A stretch of DNA of 50,740 nt from a virus. Its lineage: Duplodnaviria > Caudoviricetes. The stretch covers positions 1 through 50,740 of the IMG/VR virus record IMGVR_UViG_3300048853_000111. The stretch is one strand, 5' to 3'. A program made the position numbers and the translations under genes. Numbering within the stretch: the stretch's first letter is position 1; every line of letters starts with the position of its first letter. Of the stretch, positions 44,484-50,740 are shown piece after piece. The notes below the pieces were generated by a model. It saw only the letters and a list, made by a program, of their open reading frames with translations, had not been told where the DNA came from and made no database searches.

Positions 44484-44690
44484 ATGGCCGAGGAAGCCGC
44501 ACCCGATGTCTGGATCGGCGCCGAGCAGCGCGATGACGAGGTCGTTCTGGTGATCCTCCAGGGCGACCAGCGCATTGAGGTGAGGCTCGAGCCAATGCCT
44601 GCCCGCCTGCTCGCCGGCGCCATCCTGCGCTGCGCGGGCGATGCCTTCCACGCCCCGGAACGCGCCAAAGAGGCCCGCCCCAATGGTTGA
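44484..44690 (+). CDS. Hypothetical protein
   Basis: GGAGG RBS. Confidence 0.6.
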   Translation: MAEEAAPDVWIGAEQRDDEVVLVILQGDQRIEVRLEPMPARLLAGAILRCAGDAFHAPERAKEARPNG

Positions 44691-45055
44691 CCTCGTTCTC
44701 CGCCCCTCCGGCCTCGGTGACGAGCGGCGCGGCTGGGCGCTTCAGCTTCGCTACCACGAGAGCGTCGGGCCCACCGAGTATGTGACGATCACGCGTGTTT
44801 CGGTGGACGCCGCGCGCGAAATCATCCGCGCCGGCGCCGCACGCTGGATGTTCGGCGCGCCCGAGGATACGCCGCCGCCCGAACAGTGCCTCGCGCCAGA
44901 GACGGCACGCCTGGCGCGCATCGCAGACCTCAAGGCCGAACGGGCGCAGCTCGTCGCCGACAATGAAAAGGCAGCCGCATGGGGCGCGGCCGTCGGCGCC
45001 CGCGGCGAGCGCATCGCCGCGATCGAGAACGCGCTGCAAGAGCTGGAGCCGTCCA

Positions 45056-45063
<8 letters not shown>
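44683..45063 (+). CDS. Hypothetical protein
   Basis: ATG 44683 after GAGG, overlapping the previous stop region. Confidence 0.6.
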
Positions 45064-46149
<1,086 letters not shown>

Positions 46150-46150
<1 letters not shown>

Positions 46151-46581
46151 TGGTCGCCTATAGCTTCAAGGCCCGCTTCGCCGAACCGATTCTCGATGGG
46201 ACGAAGCTCGGCACCATCCGTGCCCCGCGCAAGCGCCACGCCAGGCGAGGCGAGGAACTGCAGCTCTACACAGGCATGCGGACGAAGCATTGTCGTCTGA
46301 TCGCGCGCAAGCCTTGCCACGCAGCATTGCCCATCACCCTCGAACTAAACGGCGAGGGCGTCGTGAGCGTCGCCGCGGGTGATCAGACGCTGCAGATCCG
46401 GGACCTCGACGCCTTCGCCCGTGCCGACGGTTTCGCCAGCTTTGGGGAATTGCAGCGGTTCTGGCTCGACGAGCACGAGACCTCCTATTTCCGCGGCGTC
46501 TGGATCCTGTGGTCGCCGCCCTCGGCGCTGATCGAGCGCCGCCTCTTTGCACCTGAAGAATCCCCGGGCCGCGCGCCCTGA
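46150..46581 (+). CDS. ASCH-like domain protein
   Basis: ILDGTKLGTIR, LQLYTGMRT, FARADGF. Confidence 0.7.
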
Positions 46582-46645
46582 ACCAAGCCCGCGCCCGTTT
46601 GAGATCCCCGCAGCAGGGTTTGCTGCATTGAACCGGAGAAACCCC

Positions 46646-47092
46646 ATGTTTGGAGCCCTCAAGAAAGCTTTCAAGGCAGGCGCGAAAGAGGTCGCCGCCG
46701 ATTATTCGCAGAACAAGGACTATCTCGAAGCCGTTTGCGCCGCCGCCGCCCTGGTCGCCAATGCCGACGGCGAGATCGAGGACTCGGAAAAGTCGAAGGC
46801 CGTTCGCGTCATCAGCAATCACCCGGTGCTGTCGAAGTTCTACAAGCAGAACGACATCGAGCAGACCTCCGATCAGATGTTCAAGCGGGCAAAGGACGCA
46901 TCGGGCCGGCAACAGCTCGCCCGCGAGCTCGACGACATCAAGGGGCGCGACGGCGGCCAGATGGCCGAGGACGTCTATCTCGTGGCGCTCGACGTCGCCA
47001 ATGCCGACGGCGAGCTCGAGCCCGAAGAAGAGGTGGTCCTGAAAAAGATCGCCTCCCGGCTCGGCGTCGACGCGTCGAAATTCGACTTCTAA
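46646..47092 (+). CDS. TerB family protein
   Basis: Two ADGE(I/L)E..E motifs; GGAGA RBS before ATG 46646. Confidence 0.85.
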   Translation: MFGALKKAFKAGAKEVAADYSQNKDYLEAVCAAAALVANADGEIEDSEKSKAVRVISNHPVLSKFYKQNDIEQTSDQMFKRAKDASGRQQLARELDDIKGRDGGQMAEDVYLVALDVANADGELEPEEEVVLKKIASRLGVDASKFDF

Positions 47093-47147
47093 CCAGCGGT
47101 GAGGTCGACGGCCGGGCTGCGGCCCGGCCGCTCTTCAGGAGAGAACG

Positions 47148-47267
47148 ATGATCCTTGTCTTTGGCATGCTCGACAGAGCCCTCGACTTGGTCGGCATCTG
47201 CACGCTCATGTATTGGACGTGGCGAGCCGCCCGGCGGCTCGCTCCCCGCAAAACAACCCCGAAGTAG
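47148..47267 (+). CDS. Small membrane peptide after TerB (not in the ORF track)
   Basis: 39 aa [30 protein letters not shown]...; AGGAG RBS. Confidence 0.55.
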   Translation: MILVFGMLDRALDLVGICTLMYWTWRAARRLAPRKTTPK

Positions 47268-47310
47268 CCGCACACCGAGCACTTCCTGTTTTCACGCCGC
47301 GAGGAGCCCG

Positions 47311-47793
47311 ATGGCCGGATCCGTCAACAAAGTCATTCTGATCGGCAATCTCGGCCGCGATCCCGAGATGCGCCGGAATAATGCCGGCGAGCCGATCGCC
47401 AATCTGAACATCGCCACGTCGGAGCGCTGGACCGACAAGGCCACCGGCGAAAAGAAAGAGCGCACCGAATGGCACCGCGTCGCCGTCTTCAACGAGGCGC
47501 TCGCCAGGGTCGCCGAGCAGTATCTGAAGAAGGGCGCGAAGGTCTATCTCGAAGGCCAGCTGCAGACGCGCAAATGGCAGGATAAGGACGGGGTCGAGCG
47601 CTACACGACCGAGATCGTGCTGCAGCGCTACCGCGGCGAGCTGACCCTTCTCGATTCCCAGCGCAACGGCCCGCCGCCGGCGGACGATCCCGAAGCCTAT
47701 GGTTCGACCCGCACACGCACCGACGACTATGCCGGCGCGAAGTCCGGCGCCCAACCCCTCACCAGCGAGCTCGACGATGACATCCCATTCTAA
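47311..47793 (+). CDS. ssb: Single-stranded DNA-binding protein
   Basis: [23 protein letters not shown]-terminal DDDIPF. Confidence 0.96.
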   Translation: MAGSVNKVILIGNLGRDPEMRRNNAGEPIANLNIATSERWTDKATGEKKERTEWHRVAVFNEALARVAEQYLKKGAKVYLEGQLQTRKWQDKDGVERYTTEIVLQRYRGELTLLDSQRNGPPPADDPEAYGSTRTRTDDYAGAKSGAQPLTSELDDDIPF

Positions 47794-48658
47794 TGCGGCC
47801 GGAACGGCTGCGGTTAGTAGCACAGACGCCGGATGGTGCTGCAAACCGGCCCTTGCGCCCTTAGGGGCTGAGGAGCTTGTGGAGCTGCGGAGGCTTCGCG
47901 CCATAGCGGAGAAGCCGTCCGCGCTCACGAAAGAACACGCGGATTGGCTCCGGGCTCTAGACAAGGCCGCTGATGGCCTTCTGACCCTGGCCGAGCACGG
48001 GCTGGCAGCTACGACCGTGCCCGACCCTGTCTATAAGGCCGTCGAGCGGATCCTGGACGAGAACAGCGCCTGGATAGCGCGGCCCAATGATGAGGTGACG
48101 AAGCGTGTCGCCTTCACGGCGGTTGTCGCGGCGCACACCATCATCGCCGCCGAGAGCGGGCTTGCCGCTGGGGCCGGGGCGCTCTCCGGCTGCACGATCG
48201 AGGGCGAAAACGGCAAGCGTTGGCGCATTGTCGGGCCTAATGGTCAATGGTCCATGCAGCCGATTGGAACCGTCACGGCCGGAGAGGCGGAGGCGATTTG
48301 TCGGGCCGCGCTGTCCGGCAGTGCCGCCGCCGGGACGACGGATGAGGAGACGGCGCGGCAGGTAGCGGACCGGATCATCAACCGCTTCCTCGATCTCGGA
48401 ATGATGACTGTCGTCCCGCAGTTGGAACGCGCTCTCATTCGCGATCGCATCCTTGCGGCACTCGCCACAACTAGGGCTCAGGAACAGGAGAGGGGCGGGA
48501 AGATCGCGCGTGAGACCGCCGACAACCCCTTGCTCGACCACATGGCGCATGAGGCATCGCAAGTCGGTGCGTTCATCGACGTTGCCATCCGCGACCGGGC
48601 CGCGCATTACGAGAAGCTCGGCGACGCCATCCATCAGGAGAGCGATGATGCGTCCTGA
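47777..48658 (+). CDS. Hypothetical protein (start uncertain)
   Basis: Long ORF filling the gap between ssb and the nuclease gene. Confidence 0.6.
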   Translation: MTSHSNAAGTAAVSSTDAGWCCKPALAPLGAEELVELRRLRAIAEKPSALTKEHADWLRALDKAADGLLTLAEHGLAATTVPDPVYKAVERILDENSAWIARPNDEVTKRVAFTAVVAAHTIIAAESGLAAGAGALSGCTIEGENGKRWRIVGPNGQWSMQPIGTVTAGEAEAICRAALSGSAAAGTTDEETARQVADRIINRFLDLGMMTVVPQLERALIRDRILAALATTRAQEQERGGKIARETADNPLLDHMAHEASQVGAFIDVAIRDRAAHYEKLGDAIHQESDDAS

Positions 48659-49094
48659 CTGCCCCCGTTCCCGCACGCCCATCTACCTGATCGGGATCAT
48701 TGTCCTGCTGCTGTGGGCGGTGATCACGGCCTGGCTCCTCCACCCGGCAGCGGCCGACCCGCTCGTGGTCGCGATCGACGGCGACACGCTCGACGTGGAT
48801 GGCGAGCGCATCCGCATCATCGGCCTCGACGCGCCCGAGACCTATGAGGCGCATTGCTCGGCCGAGCTCCGGCTTGGCCAGCGATCCACCAATTACATGC
48901 GCAGCATGGTCACCGGCGGCATCGACATCCAGCGCACGGGCAAGCGCGACCGCTATGGCCGCAGCCTGGCTCACGTCTATTTTCGCGGCGAGGACGTCGC
49001 CGCCGTTATGGTCCGGCAAGGTCTGGCCGTGCCTTACATCTGCGGCAGGCACTGCGGCCGGCGGATCAACTGGTGCGCCAAACTCGGAGGGTAG
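48645..49094 (+). CDS. Thermonuclease (SNase-like) with N-terminal TM/signal
   Basis: IDGDT, RIIGLDAPE, DRYGRSLA, GLA. Confidence 0.88.
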   Translation: MMRPDCPRSRTPIYLIGIIVLLLWAVITAWLLHPAAADPLVVAIDGDTLDVDGERIRIIGLDAPETYEAHCSAELRLGQRSTNYMRSMVTGGIDIQRTGKRDRYGRSLAHVYFRGEDVAAVMVRQGLAVPYICGRHCGRRINWCAKLGG

Positions 49095-49095
49095 A

Positions 49096-49374
49096 ATGCC
49101 AAATGCGAACGTCATCGCTGCAGCGCGCCTTTTGCGGGACGAAGGCTATGTGGTCGTGAAGCCGGAGTTCACGGCGGGCACTCTCCGCGCTGCGCTAGAT
49201 GCGCTTACCGAGGCGCGGCACAAGTCCCGTGAAGCACAGGCCGCCCACATCGTTGCCACGGCGCTTTCCGATCTGGCGGCCAAAACCGCACAGTCCATGG
49301 GCGAGACGGATGGTGACCAGATGGCAGCGCATGACGCCGTCTGGGAAGCAGTCCCGCAAGAGTTCAAGGCATAG
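49096..49374 (+). CDS. Hypothetical protein
   Basis: GGAGG RBS before ATG 49096. Confidence 0.6.
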   Translation: MPNANVIAAARLLRDEGYVVVKPEFTAGTLRAALDALTEARHKSREAQAAHIVATALSDLAAKTAQSMGETDGDQMAAHDAVWEAVPQEFKA

Positions 49375-49386
49375 GAGGCGCGGACG

Positions 49387-49623
49387 ATGGCACTTCGCCG
49401 CGGCCTGAGGCGAGATGAGGTCGCAGACTATCTCGGCATCACTCCGACCTCGGTTGACGACTGGGTGCGCAAGAAGCGGATACCAGGTCCGATCCCCGGT
49501 ACGCACCGCTGGGATCTGAAGGCAATTGATGCCGCTCTGGACAAGGCGTCCGGACTTGTGACCGAATCGAGCGGGCTGACGCCTTTACAGCGGTGGAGGC
49601 TTGAACGTGCGGATGCGGCTTAA
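49387..49623 (+). CDS. Excisionase-like HTH protein
   Basis: EVADYLGI, RIPGPIPGTHRWD; precedes the integrase. Confidence 0.8.
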   Translation: MALRRGLRRDEVADYLGITPTSVDDWVRKKRIPGPIPGTHRWDLKAIDAALDKASGLVTESSGLTPLQRWRLERADAA

Positions 49624-50740
49624 GGGCATCAATCAAATCTCGAAGCGGCTCGCCGACGGCAGCCGCGTCACTTATTATTATGCCTGGAAGGGCGGCCCGC
49701 GGCTCCAGGGCGAGCCGGGCTCGCCGGAGTTCATCGCCTCCTACAACGCCGCGCTCGGCAGTCGAAAGACCGTCAACACGGCAACCCTGCACAAGCTGAT
49801 CGCCGAGTTTAAAGGCTCGGCCGAGTTCGCGACGCTGGGCGAGAAAACCAAGAAGGACTACGCGCGCTACATCGGTCTTATCGAAGACGAGTTTGGTTCG
49901 ATGCCGATCGAGGCTCTTGCCGACCCCGAGGTCCGCGGTGAGTTCAAGGCCTGGCGCGACAGATTCTCTGACACGCCGCGCAAAGCGGATCTTGCCTGGA
50001 CAGTGCTCGCGCGCATCCTGTCGGTTGCCAAGGATCGCGGGCGCATAAGCGTGAATCCATGCGAACGCGGCGGCCGGCTCTACGAGGCGGACCGTTCGGA
50101 GAACGTCTGGAACGCCGAACACATCAAGCAGTTTTGTGCCGCGGCCTCGGCAGAGATCCAAATGGCGATGCTGCTCGCCCTTTGGACGGGACAGCGTCAG
50201 GGCGACTTGTTGCGCCTCACCTGGAACAACTACGACGGCCGCGCGATCCGGCTCAGGCAATCGAAAAGCGGCAAGCGCGTCACGATTCCGGCTGGCGAAC
50301 CACTCCGGCTGGCATTGGAACGCGAGCGCATTCGCCGTCGCGAGGCCGACGCACGTCGCCACCAGCGGAACCCAAAGGCTCAGGTCGCCGTCACACTTCT
50401 TGTCAACACCCGCGGGCGCCCGTGGACGGAGGATGGCTTCCGCACCTCATGGGGCGACGCCTTCGATACGTCGAAGATCAAGGATGATCTACACTTCCAT
50501 GACCTGCGCGGCACGGCTGTTACCCGCCTGGCGCTGGCCGGCTGCACTGTACCGGAGATCGCCGCGATCACGGGTCACAGTCTCAAGGATGTCGAAGCCA
50601 TTTTGGACGCCCATTACCTGGGCGGACGGGTCGAGCTCGCCGAGGCCGCGGTTATGAAACTGAATGCTGCCTTCGGGGTGGTGGATGGAACGACGGGGGA
50701 ACAGAAATTCCCAACTATCTCCCAACCGCGTCTTCGGTAG
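49601..50740 (+). CDS. int: Tyrosine integrase
   Basis: TGQRQGD, FHDLRGT, ITGHS, HYL catalytic residues. Confidence 0.95.
   Translation: MNVRMRLKGINQISKRLADGSRVTYYYAWKGGPRLQGEPGSPEFIASYNAALGSRKTVNTATLHKLIAEFKGSAEFATLGEKTKKDYARYIGLIEDEFGSMPIEALADPEVRGEFKAWRDRFSDTPRKADLAWTVLARILSVAKDRGRISVNPCERGGRLYEADRSENVWNAEHIKQFCAAASAEIQMAMLLALWTGQRQGDLLRLTWNNYDGRAIRLRQSKSGKRVTIPAGEPLRLALERERIRRREADARRHQRNPKAQVAVTLLVNTRGRPWTEDGFRTSWGDAFDTSKIKDDLHFHDLRGTAVTRLALAGCTVPEIAAITGHSLKDVEAILDAHYLGGRVELAEAAVMKLNAAFGVVDGTTGEQKFPTISQPRLR

Noticed and set aside
46646-47092. Tellurite resistance determinant
   Set aside because: A lone TerB-family gene without the rest of the ter operon

Overview
The window is an apparently complete, GC-rich temperate siphophage (prophage), most likely from an alphaproteobacterial (Rhizobiales-type) host, judging by a GTTC-N7-GTTC LexA box and the gene families present. 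It runs from a HEPN/AbiJ-like cargo gene at the left end to a tyrosine integrase at the right end. The minus strand carries the Cro/CII-like, primase, two DNA methyltransferase, P4/D5 helicase and late-regulator genes, then HNH, terminase, a protease-capsid fusion, portal, tail, tail fibre, lysis genes and a metallophosphoesterase plus dNTP-diphosphohydrolase pair. The plus strand carries the CI repressor and the left early operon (HD protein, DUF2303, beta clamp, DUF5131, ASCH-like, TerB-like, SSB, nuclease, xis, int), plus several antisense morons. The most notable observations are: (1) a C5 methyltransferase whose motifs are split over two fully overlapping reading frames; (2) a LexA-boxed Zn-finger gene converging on and overlapping cI; (3) two truncated relics of an older endolysin gene flanking a structured terminator/antiterminator region ahead of the lysis cassette; (4) a glycosyltransferase-methyltransferase fusion moron; (5) a nucleotide-hydrolase pair at the end of the late operon. 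All family calls come from motif recognition by eye; no database searches were run.
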